A stretch of 60,096 bases of DNA. It comes from Girardia tigrina (lineage: Eukaryota). Below are positions 46,828 to 60,096 of the stretch, piece by piece. Made by a program: the position numbers and the translations under genes. The first letter of the stretch is position 1; each line of letters starts with the position of its first letter. The notes beneath the pieces are model-generated. The model was given only the letters and a program-made list of their open reading frames with translations. It made no database searches and had not been told where the DNA came from. The stretch is from assembly GCA_001938485.1 (NCBI GenBank), contig MQRK01214937.1, forward strand, positions 1-60,096, written 5' to 3'.

Positions 46828-49723
46828 TATATAACTCGTTAATTGTCCCACGAAAAAATCAAAAAAGCTTTTTAACAAAAGATGTCCTAAAGGAACTTTT
46901 GATCAAAAAACCTGGAAGAAAAATGGTTGTTGTAAATGTAACAATAGTTCGACTGTCTCGTGGTTTTTTTATTTGAAATTATGTACAATATAAATTAATA
47001 AAAAAATATTTTTTCACTTAAGTCTTTCCGACCCCATTATACCGATTTTATGTGTATGTGTCTAGGTGTATAACAATAATTTTAAATTTTTTTTGGTTGT
47101 GGAATATAAAAAGAAACAATGATTTATTTAGTTAAACTGATCACTGTAAAATATTAATATTTTTATAACATTAACCACAATTTATAGAAAAATCTCAGTA
47201 AAATGTACTAATTGCAGTATTATATACTATTCACCTCATGACACACTATTCGCAGTAAAAACCTTACATAGAAAAGAGAAAATGCGCTGTATTTCACTCA
47301 CTGTTGTGAGTACTCATCTAATTTTTTTCTTCAATATACGAGTATTTTGAATCACAGTGATTTGACTAAAGAGACTCTTTTGCGACACTGATCAACGAGA
47401 GTTTGTATTCACAAGAAATTTAAAATCAGAAAGGCTTTTTAATAGAATTAAATTTTACAGAAATCAATAAACCAATAATTCCCAGAAAATACCCCACAAA
47501 TATAAAAGGTGATATTTCCTTTTATGGGTTTGTTGTGTGTACTTTTCTGGTCATCCAAAAAAGTCTAACCTGTAATTTTACTGATTATTTAAGTTTTGTA
47601 AACATTGTTGTCCTAACAATATACAGTAAATCTATTACGATATGCGTTTGCATGAAACTACATATAAAATAATATTTGGAAAATAAAGAAATTGGCACAA
47701 AAATTACGCAAACTTGCAACTAAAAGTAATATTTTATTTAACCTTAAAATCGTTAGAATTGAAAAATATAGATAATAATTATTAGTGTATAAAGGAATTT
47801 GAAAACCAACTAAAGTACTTCAAACTCCCTTTATATAGAATAAAGAAAATGAATATTTATTTTAAATATTATATAGTGTAAAATCATTCTCTCTACCTAA
47901 TCTGGATGATTCTGATATGTAGGAAAAATAGAAATCCGATTGCAAATTCGCCGGTTCGAGATATGATATTGCATTCCAAAGAGTTTTTATTCTCTACGCA
48001 AAGGAAAAAGAGAGAATATCAGATCTCATTGAGATTTACGGAGAAGAATTATTGATTGATTCAGAAATTGGGAATCGAACAAAAAAATACCGACAGATTT
48101 TATGATTTAAATCAACCGAAATTTTGGCCAATCGTTACGTTGAAACAATAAAATTTTGAAAGAATTTTCTACTTGATTTTTTTTTATTTGTATTATTTAA
48201 GACTATTGATAGATATAACGACTCGACCTAAGTCGTCCCGGTTATGGCGGCAACCGATATAAAAATCGGTTTAACCGGTCGCCGGGTGGGCCGTTCCGCT
48301 TGTGGGACGTCCGCGGTACTGTCGATTAGTGCGGACCAAATTCCATCAGTGAATTGTTGATTGGAAACCATCGAGTAAACGGAATGAATCGAGATAAATT
48401 GAATTGAATTTTGTTTTTTTTAAAGAAATCAATTCGGTCATTTTTAAAAATTTATTATTTACTACAGTAAAACAATGTCATTTTAGAGTATTGTTTTAAT
48501 TTACATTAGGGAATGATTTTTGACATTGAAAAAAAACAGTTTTTCTAAACAACAAAATAAGTATTTTTTACATGAAAAAATAGATTTTTTATGTTTTTTT
48601 TTACTGTTAAAATGTTGTGGTACGCAACAATTTATATTAAATAAAATTATTGTGACTTCTCAAATAAGTAAACTATATAACAAAAAAAAGTTAGAAGAAA
48701 AATCCTATTTTCTATTTAAAAAATAAATAATTATGATTTGATTGGATTTGTTTAAATTAATAACTATAAATATGAATGCGGGAAAGTGTATTTGAAAGAA
48801 TAAAAATAAATTTTACGTGACTGATTCTTCATGTGATTTTGAGTTTGTGATGGTGGATTCAAATTTCATTGATTCGACTCTTTAAGATACTTTGTATAAT
48901 TTAATTGACAAACGAAATCTATCCTCGAATGATGATTTTTTTATATTCCAAAGAATTGATTCTAAGCTTTATTTTGAATTTTGTTAATTTGGATAAAGAA
49001 CTGTTTGTCAATTGTAAGAACGATACAAATTTATTTCGACATGATGATTAATTTGAAAACCTCAATTCGAGCCTAAGTTGGTAAGGTTCTTTTGAATCGT
49101 CATGGTACCATCGCGATTTCAACTATAGTTTCAAATCGAATTTCAATTTTCAGAAAGAGCTTTTTCACTATTCAAAATCTGATAATAAATTGTCATTGAA
49201 TAATACTAATACTAGCGACAATAATCGATCAGTCGCGGTGAAATCGAGAAACTATAATTTCCTTTTTGGTATCATATTCCCTATTGTATATTCCCCCGGA
49301 TGACCCGGGAATCTGTCAACAGCACCGAAGCATTTCTGTCGCACTGTGCGTGCTATACCGTAACAACCATTAATATTTTAAAATTTAATTTTGTTAATAA
49401 ATTAACGTATTTTGAACACAAAACATTTATATTTGAAAAATAAAATTCTAAAGTAAAGCAATTTTAGTTATAATTTCATATCGAATTTGTTATATTAAAA
49501 AATGAAGGATGTAGAAATAAAATTTTTTTATTATAATTTGTTAATGAGAAATTGCGTAGAAGACGTTGACAAAGAGAATGGATGAAGTTTGAAAGTTATC
49601 GTTTGTTATAATTAAAAAAATAAAATTAAATAAAAGCTTTATACTTGAATAGATAACTAATTTAAATAATTTGAAACTGAACATTTCAAAAAGTAATTAG
49701 AATATGAAACAATTGTTCTAGAT

Positions 49724-50507
49724 CCGTGTTTCCTAAAGTGAGACACGCGTACCCCTGAGGGTAGGTTGAAGCTTTGGAAGGGTGCACACTTAACATAAAA
49801 ATTTTCACTCAAACTAAGTCTTACATTATATTTAATAATATTTCAATATAAATATTTTTTCAGATTCGAACAAAAATATTAAATGTACAAGACATCCATT
49901 TAACATTAATACTACTTCGATACCGGACTATTTATTGCATGCAGAAGAAGAGCAATAAGAACTAGCTGCAGATGGATTCTTGCAAAATAAATATAAGAAA
50001 TATACTTAACATCATTCTTGTTGCACATCCAACAATTGTATTTATGGTTTACAGAAAAACATTTGAAATACATCTGGAGAAGTTGCTTTTTCAGCATTAG
50101 TGTCCTTTATGTCAAAAAAAGAACAGGTTTTGGATACGGAATCGTACGTCCGATGAAGATGAATGAGGGCACCACATTATTATTATGAACTATCTTGCCG
50201 GCATAAACAACTTAATTTGGCGTAACACTATTTTTATTGTTATTTTGGAATTGAGTACAGTTGTTTATAATGTAATTTTTAATTATTTTATTATAAATTG
50301 CTTTTAATTTTCACTTATATTTATTTCGTTTATGAACTAAAAATGATTTATAATCAATATTTATTAACAAGGCATATCTGTAAATCTTAACATATTTTTA
50401 TTGTCATTGAACAATGTAACGATAAAATATATTTTAAAAAGGGTTTGCGCAGTAGTACGGAAATTATAGAAGGGATACTGAGATACCAACAGTTTGAAAA
50501 ACATTTG
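49724..50507 (+). mobile_element. hAT (Charlie/Buster) internal-deletion derivative
   Basis: Termini CCGTGTTTCCTAAAGTG / CAGTTTGAAAAACATTTG, flanks TTCTAGAT and TCTATAC, and a remnant of the dimerisation motif (HLEKLLF / EVAFSALV). Confidence 0.65.
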
Positions 50508-50599
50508 TCTATACTAGAAATACTATGTCATGAATATGTAATGATGACTTTGAATGCGTTGAATTGAATATTCAAATTGACCTAATTATATATTCACTA

Positions 50600-51350
50600 A
50601 ATATAGAAAAACATCTACAGAATCTGGAAGAAATATTCCTTGGACTCGAAAAAAGGAACCTGAAGATTAAACCAGAGAAGTGTGAATGGGCTCAAGTTTC
50701 TTGGGCCATGTCTTGATTTCAGATGGAAAAAGTCCAGATCCTCAAAATATTGAGAAAATAGTTAATCTTCTCACCCGCTAAAACTATTACTGAATTTCTA
50801 CAGGAAATTCATAACAGAATATTCAAAGAAAATGAAGCTTCAATATGATATAACAAACCCCTTTTATGAATCACAAAATTCTAGTGACAATTTGACTATA
50901 TTGGCACTAGTAATTCAAAAAATAATATTAAAATGAAACATAAACAAGGTATAGCAAATGCAAATATGAATTTTATATCCTGGTTACAATAAAATAACAC
51001 TAAAATAAGCACTTTTTTATGGAGATGGAAAACGTGATACTCTACGACAAACGCAACGGAATATATACTAAAACTAAGCCGTTTTAAAGGATAAAAGATT
51101 CACTCCAAAAGAGAAGATATCGTTGCATAATTAACGATGGATTTTCATTAGCGTAAGTAAATGAAAATTCTTTATTATTTATAAAAATATTAATGTTTTA
51201 GAGTGCTTCACAAATATCATAAAAAATAACAAGATCATTAAAAACATTGAATCTAGATTAAAACAATATTATAATTGGTCAACTATGAAACGTTATGAAG
51301 TGGATCAACAAGTGTACCATCTGTGCTTCTAGAAAAGATACAAATCATAA
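50600..51350 (+). pseudogene. Highly decayed Gypsy pol (RT, RNase H, integrase ZnF)
   Basis: HLQNLEEIF...LKIKPEKCEW, FLGH...PDPQNIEKI, KHKQGIANAN and RLKQYYNWSTM...CTICASRK, similar to 42180-42280. Confidence 0.8.
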
Positions 51351-52216
51351 AGTCAGTGTTTCGGAATTTCATATAAATTTATATTTAAATGTCGATATTT
51401 TATTTATATTTGAAATATTCTCCTTCTCTCCTTGCCCAAAGGCAATCAATCGTGTTAAAATTGTTTTAATAACTTGTATTCTTTAAATTATTGAATGTAA
51501 ATATCGTTGAATTGTTTCCGCTTTGTATATATATAAAGATATATTTATATATAATAATAAGTTTAAAAAAAATTAATAGTAAAACTTTGAAAATATTAGA
51601 TTTGAAACTGGTTCGATTTGAAAACTCGAACAAAGATGTCTTTTTTCGGCTTACTATTATTATTGTAGTTGTACCTGAGCGTGCCGAGTCATCGGGCACC
51701 ATGAGGACAGAATTTAGTCAAGTAGCCGGGCAAACAAAATTTTTTAAGTGATTAATAAAATTCACTTTTAACTGAATACATTTCTTAGGAGTGCGAGTTT
51801 TTTTGTGTTGAGCGAAAATTTAATTTCTGAAAACGAATAATTTGATTTTGTCGATCAATTGAATGAATTTTTGGACGAGATTTCTTTTCTCGGTTTAATT
51901 GACACTAATTCGATTTTTGGAGAGGATTTGTTACGATTAATTATGAATCATTTGAAACCACTTTTTATGAATTATTTGAAAACAATTTTTTGAATTTTTG
52001 TAACATTTCAATTTGATTTACTGATTTGAATATATTTCTTTGAAATGTCTGTTTTTTATCGTTTTGAGAACATCATCTTTTTAAAAATGATGAACCGAAC
52101 AAATGTCAACACTTTATTAAAAAATATAAAAAGGACCCTGAAAAATCATGACTCTGTTACCACCTGTCAGTCTCAAGGTCAACTTGCAGACTGCACCAAA
52201 CAGTCAGAGTCCCTTT

Positions 52217-52930
52217 AAAGCTATTGAAGCCACAGTCTGAATCTACAGTATACTAGCGTACACAGACTTAATGCTAAAATTTTCCGAGGCAATAGCATTT
52301 CTAGATCAAAAGGGTTTACAAAATTGCGTTGGTTTACAAATTCGGTTTGTGACAAATGAACAGGGGAATTGCTTGAAAATACACACCTCTTCTGACTCAC
52401 TGATTATTAGCCAGGTAAACTAGGACACTGTCTCTTTTCAGATTCACAGAGTGTACGGCCGATTAAAATTCACCAAAATGTAGCAGGTATATCAGCAGTG
52501 GCATAATAGGAGAGCAAAATCAGCATGGCCAATCTACACAAAGCTATTGAAGCCACTGTCTGAATCTACAGTATACTAGCGTACACAGACTTAATGCTAA
52601 AATTTTCAGAGGCAATAGCATTTCTAGATCAAAAGGCGCAAACAGTTGCTAAAGCTCTTCTTCCAAAATATTATGTCGTTATGGAAATCCAAAGAAAATA
52701 CTTACTGATCGAGTAGCAAACTTTATGGGTCAAGTTTCTGATTCAATGAAAAAGATCTTATAAATAAAAAGAAATGAGTACTTCAGCATATCATCCACAA
52801 ACAGATCACATAACAGAACATTGATTAATACACCATTATGTACAGTTTATAAATATCAAAAGAATCTGGATGAATTACATTCAAATTTTTAGTTTGTGTA
52901 TCGAACTGCAAAGTATGCAACTACTGGATA
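52217..52930 (+). pseudogene. Decayed Gypsy integrase core with a ~96-bp duplication
   Basis: TDLMLKFSEAIAFLDQKAQTVAKAL, CRYGNPKKILTDRVANF, STSAYHPQTD. 52217-52312 is repeated at 52541-52636. Confidence 0.8.
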
Positions 52931-53354
52931 AGATATCAGTTATTATTGTCTATTTTATATAATGTGTTATAAAGGAATATTAAAATCAAGATTAAAATGT
53001 TGCTTTTTGTATAACAAATGATTTTTCAAGATCCATTACAACATTTAGAGGTAATCAGCAAAAAAGTTCTTATCATCAAGAGCGAAAATGTGTGACAAAT
53101 AAGTAACTTTATATTATTTCATTTATATTTAATAATTAAAACAAAATGTAAACAAATAGAAAAGAATAAAAAAACTTGAGGAACAAGTTATTGTATTTTT
53201 TCTATGAATGAATTTTGCTATCTGGAAATTGTGGATTGTACGGTCTGTTGAGGCTCTTCAAAAACAAATGGTGATTTACTCAACTAAAAATATTTAAAAA
53301 GTTATATAAACTTGATAATTAAACTAGTAAATCAAAAAATTAAATTTTCTATAT

Positions 53355-53674
53355 CCATTCTTTATGTAGATAGAACTCTACTTTGACCAACAAAGATTTT
53401 TAAATTTAAAAGATTTTAAATGTAAAGAATTTCAATTAAAAAACAATAAAAATTAATATAAACTACTTAAAATTTATAAGTAGATATCTTGCAATTAATA
53501 TTTTTCGATAACTCCGAATTTTCCGTTTTCTTTTCATTTAGGGATCTTAAAAAGATTTTTTTGATCAAATTTTTACATAATCATTTATTGTCATCGAGAA
53601 TGAATAAAAGTGCAAAGTTTGAAGAAAATCGATTGAGTAGAAGGCCTTCAAAAACAGGTTTCTAAATTCCATGG

Positions 53675-53707
<33 letters not shown>

Positions 53708-53733
53708 AAGTAAGTTAATAAAAAGAATGGAAA
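53355..53733 (-). repeat. Inverted copy of the 3972-4310 repeat
   Basis: Reverse-complement similarity, see 3972-4310. Confidence 0.7.
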
Positions 53734-54309
53734 AATAAAGGTGAAATTAAAGAAAAAGAAATCTATTTTTATTTTAAGTAAATAAAGAAATATTTTTAAA
53801 TATTTCATTTTAAATATAATTATTAAAATAAAATATTAAATGAAAATTCAATGTTAAATTTATTAAAAAAATTACTATAAAAAATCGCTTTTTAATTTAT
53901 AAAATATAAAATTTAAATTAATTAAATGAAATTATTAAAAAAAATTAATTTAAATAATTTTTATTTGTAAAAAGATTGAAATTTTTGTGAACTTTATTCG
54001 GAAACCGATAATTGTAATGAAAATAAATGTTTTACAAGTAATGTTGTTCATGGTTTTAACAGATTCAATACTAAAAGAGTTAAATCCAAATTTATTAAAA
54101 ATATATAAAATGGAGGATCCCGTAACATAAAAATTTCTTCATTTGAAAGATTCTGAGGTACTAGAAGAGTCTAACTCGGAATTATAAAAGAATTATGAAT
54201 TATCAATATCGAGAGAAGAAGAGGAAAAGGTAAAAGATTTTGTGACCTAAAATCATTTATTTCACAATTTTTATACGAATGTTTTAAAATAAAAAATGAT
54301 AGAATACAT

Positions 54310-55130
54310 TCATACACCGATGTTTCATTTTGGCAGAATGGTCAAAGTCCTCGACTTCAGTCTCCTTCTTTCTAGTGACCTTTGCAAAATGCTAAGGTTT
54401 TGTCCAGGTCACCAACAAATTGACTTAACTCAATGCACTGTTCAGCTGATGGAAATTCTCTCGGATAAGTTGACCCAATATAGTTCATATTTCATCAATA
54501 CATTTGCTTTCATCTTGGCATTATGATTCACATCCTTGTCGGTATCATTTGACTCTCTAAAAAATCTTCAAATAAGTGTTTAAGTATTAATAAAAAGATT
54601 ACCAAAGTTTATAAAACAGATTTTTCCCATCAAAAATCACTGGGAGAACAAAACGAAGGTAAGACTCGCATTCGTATTATAACTTCATCAAAAAGGATAA
54701 GTCTCTTGAATTTAATTTTTGCTGAATAAAATGAATCAAATTAGTGAATAAATCATCTATAAATACAAAATAACATTAATTAACGAAAAAGTAACAATTT
54801 TCAAAGTATCAACTAACCGAAATTGAAATAAAATCAAAATTGAACAAATATATTCGGCATCAAATACCAAATGAATGTTACAAATATGACACATTTTACT
54901 GAATAAACAGACGTTAGACATTCATTCCTAAAGTTACAGATGCTCTTATTTATAAAAGGATGTTGTCCGGAATGACTGTGAGTCGAATGTTTAAGATTAG
55001 TTATGTTAAGCTACTTCTATTTATCCGATGTCACGCTTCTTTACGAAATTCGATGCCTAATGGTATCCAAATTCATGGATGTCCATCAAACCAAGGACTA
55101 ACACAAGAGAAAATACAATTGTTCTGAACC
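54310..55130 (-). pseudogene. Unidentified decayed multi-exon unit
   Basis: Four GC-richer blocks separated by ~45-100 nt AT-rich GT...AG segments on the minus strand. No clean ORF or recognisable domain. Confidence 0.3.
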
Positions 55131-55704
55131 TAAATTATTCAAAAAATATTTATATTTGAAAAGTATCTTCCCAGATTCAAATAATTTTGGTTGAAACTTT
55201 TATTGAAAAATTTTTACTAAATTAATTTAGTTAATTAAAGAATTAATGATATTTTTCTAAATTATTATTTTACTTGTTTTATTATTAATCAATTTTTTAA
55301 ACTTGGAAATATTAAAAAATTAAAACATTAAAATGAAAAGACACAAAAATTTATATTGGTTACAGATTATGAAATATTCTCAAACGGTACTTTTATACAT
55401 TTTTAATAGGGGACTCTACTAATGGTACCCTACCTGGGCAAAAGGGTGTAACCTTAAAGATTGCTTATTTTCCAAGTCAGATATTACTTGTAAAAATGAA
55501 ATAAATAATTAGACGTTGAATGATTTTTTAAACTCTTTTGTTAGTTTAAGAGTTACATTAAAATACAATTATTATTCGAATTTTATACAATTTATTATTC
55601 GAATTAAAGCTGTTACGGGAATTACAAAAAAATAATACTTCAAGTCCAAATCACATGTTCTGCATCAAGGATAATTTAAAAAGAAGATTAGAATTCAGTT
55701 ATTA

Positions 55705-57105
55705 TTAGGTCGTCAAGTATGAATTTTGTAGAACTTAAGTCAAAGTTTATTGATTATTTACCAATACAAATATTTATGTCATTCGTCAAAGTATACAAGC
55801 GTATTATCGACACACTTTTGCCATTTGAGCGGCAGCTTGTTGAGGTCATTTGAATAAACATTTTACGGGTGAGGAACTATAATTCCTTGAAGGTCTTTTT
55901 ACGGCATCTTCTAAACTGAATTATTTCTTGTTGCGTTCGTTGTCACTTCCCAACAAAATAAAAAGAAAAATTCAATCAATCAATAATTCAACAACCAATT
56001 CATCAATCAATTTTTTAGACAAGAAATTCAAACACGAATTCCAACCAAATCTCGAATTAAAAAAAAACATTTTTTGTGATAGTAATTATTGGAAAAAAAC
56101 GTGCAAGTTTTCTATTTTCAGTTTTTGATCTGCGTATTTTACCAGGATAATCTTTTCAATATTTATTGTTACTATTGACTATTTAAAGATTTTCTTAAAA
56201 AAAAGCTAAAAAATCGAAGTTTGGAAAAGATAAAATAATAAAGATTAATTATTATAAAGAATGAAATTATTTTTTAAAAATCTTACGAAATTTTTAAATT
56301 TATCTTGTTTCATACTCTGTTTCAATTTTATTTTCAATTTTATTTTAAATATCCAAATATGTGAAGTCTACGAAGGGATCGTCTTAGACAAATGAATGTA
56401 AGATTTATCTTGGATCTTTAGAGCAGTTAACTGATATATTAGTTTGCAGATAAAACAGTAGAACACTTGAATCGGATAATAGATATTTCCTTAGTAAATA
56501 AACATGTTGAAGACTAGAATCAGGTATCACGGCAAAACAAAATAATCAAATAAATTTTTTCAAAACTTCGAATTTTAAATTTTTTATTAATCCAGCATGG
56601 GTTTAATAAATATATATTCTTCCTTTACGACAAATATGATCAAATTATTTAGGTGAACATCACCTCAATATTTCCTATCAAAAACTTTTTCGAATTGAGG
56701 ACGAAATGGTTGTCAGTTTTGGCTAGGTCTGGTGAGTGTGGAGGGTGATGCAGAAGTTTCAACTCAAGTTCCTGTAGATTTTTCACGATCTTAAGTGCAA
56801 TGTGTGCTTTTGCTTTGTCGTCGAGCAAGATTGAAGTCGACATGTTTATCAAACGCGGCTGTGTTTTTGAGTTTCTGCATCATATCTTTCAACTGTTTGC
56901 CGTAGATATCTGCACTGATCGACACTCCAGGTTTCTTGTAGTCACACTGTATTATACCTGCGGCAGACTACCAAACACTCACCATCAGCTTTTTTATGAA
57001 TGTTGTGCTTTGTGCTGTGTTTTTGGGCTTCGTTCGTGTCAATCTAGCTTGTTGAACGTTTGCGATTATCATATTGGATCCATCTTTCATCACAAGTTAA
57101 GCATC
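55705..57105 (-). mobile_element. Old fragmented mariner (catalytic region 56660-57105; C-terminus and TIR 55705-55925)
   Basis: CDERWIQYDNRKR, KLMVSVW, LLDDKAKAH, HPPHSPDLAKTD, KWQKCVD...YFDE*; terminus TA-TTAGGTCGTCAAG. Confidence 0.8.
56347..56550 (+). repeat. ~204-bp apparently exact direct repeat, second copy at 59740-59943
   Basis: aaatatccaaatatgtgaagtctacg...gcaaaacaaaataatcaaa occurs at both sites. Confidence 0.9.
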
Positions 57106-57549
57106 AATTCAAAAAGTTAAAAAATTAATATTTATAGTTTGACTTTTATTTTGCAGCCAGTGATTGTAAAATCGATACGACATCAAAACATTATTTAATA
57201 ACTCCAAAAATATTTTTGTAGTCCTGTTCCCTAAGAACAGTAATTTAAAATCATATGATGTTATAAATAACGCTTCGCATATCACTCTCTCTCAACAACT
57301 TTTAAATTGAATGTACGGAATTTTTAAAATTTGAACATTTATGTCATCTTTTCAATGTTTTCAGAAGCGCAAACAAATTGTTTTAAGTAAATAGTCCTTA
57401 TTAACTTCCTTATTTATTTTTATATTCTACAATATTTTGTAATATAAAATCATTAACCTTTTGGACAATACGGCTCATGCGATTTCAAAAAATTCCAGAG
57501 AGATAAATTATGTATGCGAAATTGGTTATTTGCATCCCATTTGTATATA

Positions 57550-58833
57550 TTAGGGTGAGTCATAAGTTGTGGGGCACTTTTTATTAAAAATTAAAATGTT
57601 CATAAAACAACGCACAATTAAGATTATGATTCGAAATAAAGTCCATTATGTTTAATACATTGTTCCCAACGTTTTGCAAGTTGTTCTATTCCACGTCGAT
57701 ACCATGTTTTGTCTTTAGAAGCAAAAAATTCTCGACACCCATTATCGACGTCGTCGATATCGGAAAAGCTCCTTCCCTTCAAAAAATGCGACATAGCTCG
57801 GAAAAGATGAAAATCCGAAGGCGCTAAATCAGGACTGTAGGCAGGATGTGGAAGAAGTTCGATAGCTTCGAGTTCCTCTATTTTACGACGTGTCAAATCA
57901 GTGGTGTGGGGGAGATGTATTGTTGTTGTCTTGTTGCAGTATCACCTGCTTTCGGTTTATCAATGCCGGATATTTTTTACCTAAAGCGGTATACATTCGA
58001 TCTAGTTGATCAGTGTAGAGTTCAGCGTTAATAGCTCTATTGNNNNNNNNNNNNNNNNNNNNNNNNNNNNNNNNNNNNNNNNNNNNNNNNNNNNNNNNNN
58101 NNNNNNNNNNNNNNNNNNNNNNNNNNNNNNNNNNNNNNNNNNNNNNNNNNNNNNNNNNNNNNNNNNNNNNNNNNNNNNNNNNNNNNNNNNNNNNNNNNNN
58201 NNNNNNNNNNNNNNNNNNNNNNNNNNNNNNNNNNNNNNNNNNNNNNNNNNNNNNNNNNNNNNNNNNNNNNNNNNNNNNNNNNNNNNNNNNNNNNNNNNNN
58301 NNNNNNNNNNNNNNNNNNNNNNNNNNNNNNNNNNNNNNNNNNNNNNNNNNNNNNNNNNNNNNNNNNNNNNNNNNNNNNNNNNNNNNNNNNNNNNNNNNNN
58401 NNNNNNNNNNNNNNNNNNNNNNNNNNNNNNNNNNNNNTTTAGAATCCAGTGTTGGCGGTCGTCCCGGTCGTTCTTGATCCTCGAGGCTTATGTCACCTTC
58501 GTTAAATTTTTTAAACCATCTTGCTGCCGAAGATTTGGAGACAAAGCCTTCCCCTTAAACTTGGGAAATTTCCTTTACGGCAGCCCTTGAACTCAGACCT
58601 TTTTTCCAGAAAAATTTCAAAAGTACTCTACTTTCAAATTTTTCCATAATTTTCTAAAATGTTTAAAAAATTAGAATGAACATAAAATCATGATTTTCTT
58701 ACAAATACTGAAACTTCAGTTTATGAGCTTTATTACGATATACAAATTCAATTAATATCGATTCGACAATTCATGTTGTAATTAAAGATAATTACTTTGG
58801 AAAGAGTGCCCCACAACTTATGACTCACCCTAA
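57550..58833 (-). mobile_element. Full-length mariner with perfect 29-bp TIRs; transposase 58647-57624 frameshifted and gapped
   Basis: TTAGGGTGAGTCATAAGTTGTGGGGCACT and its exact inverse with TA flanks. Translation includes HPAYSPDLAPSDFHLF...RWEQCIKHNGLYFES*. Confidence 0.95.
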
Positions 58834-59739
58834 TAATGGATGTACTCTTTGGCGCCATCTACACTCACTACCAGAAAACTTGTCAGTAATTGTTAGTTGC
58901 TACAGTGGCTTGCAGTTAACTGTTGTGAATCAACAGTTAACTGTTATTCATGCCAATATTTGATTAATTTTCACTCGATTTTGATTATATTTTTCTGGAT
59001 TATTAAATGTAAAAATGAAAAAGTTAGATTTTTATTATACTTTTATTATAATATATACAAAAACGTTTTTTTTCATCTATTCAATCACCGTGAATATCTT
59101 TTATTAAGAGACAAACCTTGAATAATTTCTTGACATTTAACAGCTATTTTTATATTCTGCTTACAATTATTTTATGATTTTTTATTGGCTATTTATTTTT
59201 AGATGGCCAATTTTTATACGGAATTCCGAAATGAAGCAAAGAATCATTACTCTTAACTGAAAGCAACTGTAGTTTGCTCTTGCGCTAGGACCATCTCCTG
59301 TCATTATTTAATATGAGTAAAAAAATAGTTCGGTAGTCAAAGGGTTAAGTTAAAATACAAGAAATATATTTAACTTAAATAATTAAGATTAAAATAAGGT
59401 AGAATAGAATCACAATAACAGGAAAGTTCTATCAAAAGGAGATGAAACTCAAACGATACAATTATCTACTTTGTAGGTAAGATTTTAGTAAATTTCTAAC
59501 TGTTAATTTTGATTATGATGATGATTTTGAAAAGAGTATTTGCAACAGAACAATATAGGATCCTTGATTTATTGTATGAAATGACGAATAAAGAGTATAA
59601 ATAGTAAATATAAATTACTCTGTTTTTATTATAAATAATTATTCAAATAAGTAACGTTAGAATAAAACGATTTATAATATATCGCCGTAAAAGAAAAGGA
59701 AGTATGAAGGTAAAAATAAATATGCTACTTTCAGTAAAA

Positions 59740-59943
59740 AAATATCCAAATATGTGAAGTCTACGAAGGGATCGTCTTAGACAAATGAATGTAAGATTTA
59801 TCTTGGATCTTTAGAGCAGTTAACTGATATATTAGTTTGCAGATAAAACAGTAGAACACTTGAATCGGATAATAGATATTTCCTTAGTAAATAAACATGT
59901 TGAAGACTAGAATCAGGTATCACGGCAAAACAAAATAATCAAA
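59740..59943 (+). repeat. Second copy of the ~204-bp direct repeat
   Basis: See 56347-56550. Confidence 0.9.
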
Positions 59944-60096
59944 AACAACACTTCAATCCAAATTCATTCCATTTAACGACCACAGATTATGAAGCAATTA
60001 TTTTTAATAGATTTTTTAATTATTTTAATTATAAATAAATATTATAAAGGTATATTTAGTAGTATGAAAATGGGCATTCGGCATACATACCCCCCC

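Noticed and set aside
47920-48390. GC-richer exon-like blocks (also ~22760-22990 and 51590-51750)
   Set aside because: No recognisable domain, in-frame stops and ambiguous strand.
57453-59348. piggyBac-like element (TTAA-CCTTTTGG ... CAAAGGG-TTAA) enclosing the last mariner
   Set aside because: The two ends match only weakly and no transposase remnant was seen.
60058-60096. Possible Polinton terminus (AGTAGT)
   Set aside because: Only 6 bp of evidence at the window edge.

Overview
This is AT-rich eukaryotic genomic DNA with assembly gaps, short ~45-60 nt GT-AG introns and (TA)n/(AAT)n tracts. The element content fits an invertebrate, most plausibly a triclad flatworm (inference). The window is almost entirely nested transposable elements: seven Tc1/mariner copies or derivatives, hAT relics, a Penelope retroelement with inverted pseudo-LTRs that each carry a minimal hammerhead ribozyme, and several decayed Gypsy-type LTR elements. 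The main structure is a large Gypsy-like element ('family A', ~17.4-41.8 kb including nested insertions). It has ~1.9-kb LTRs (TGTTGGG...CCCAACA), a tRNA-Pro-like PBS, gag, a tandem array of ubiquitin-like domains and a chuvirus/gB-type (GYDC) envelope glycoprotein. Its LTR itself encodes a conserved ~270-aa coiled-coil protein with an Arg-rich motif, between two conserved RNA structures. A second, opposite-strand Gypsy carries a REX4/ISG20-like DEDDh exonuclease. Host-derived pieces include a terminal exon of a single-pass membrane protein, a circularly permuted NDOR1 fragment and a decayed Src-family kinase exon. All protein assignments are by motif recognition and all alignments by eye; no searches were run.
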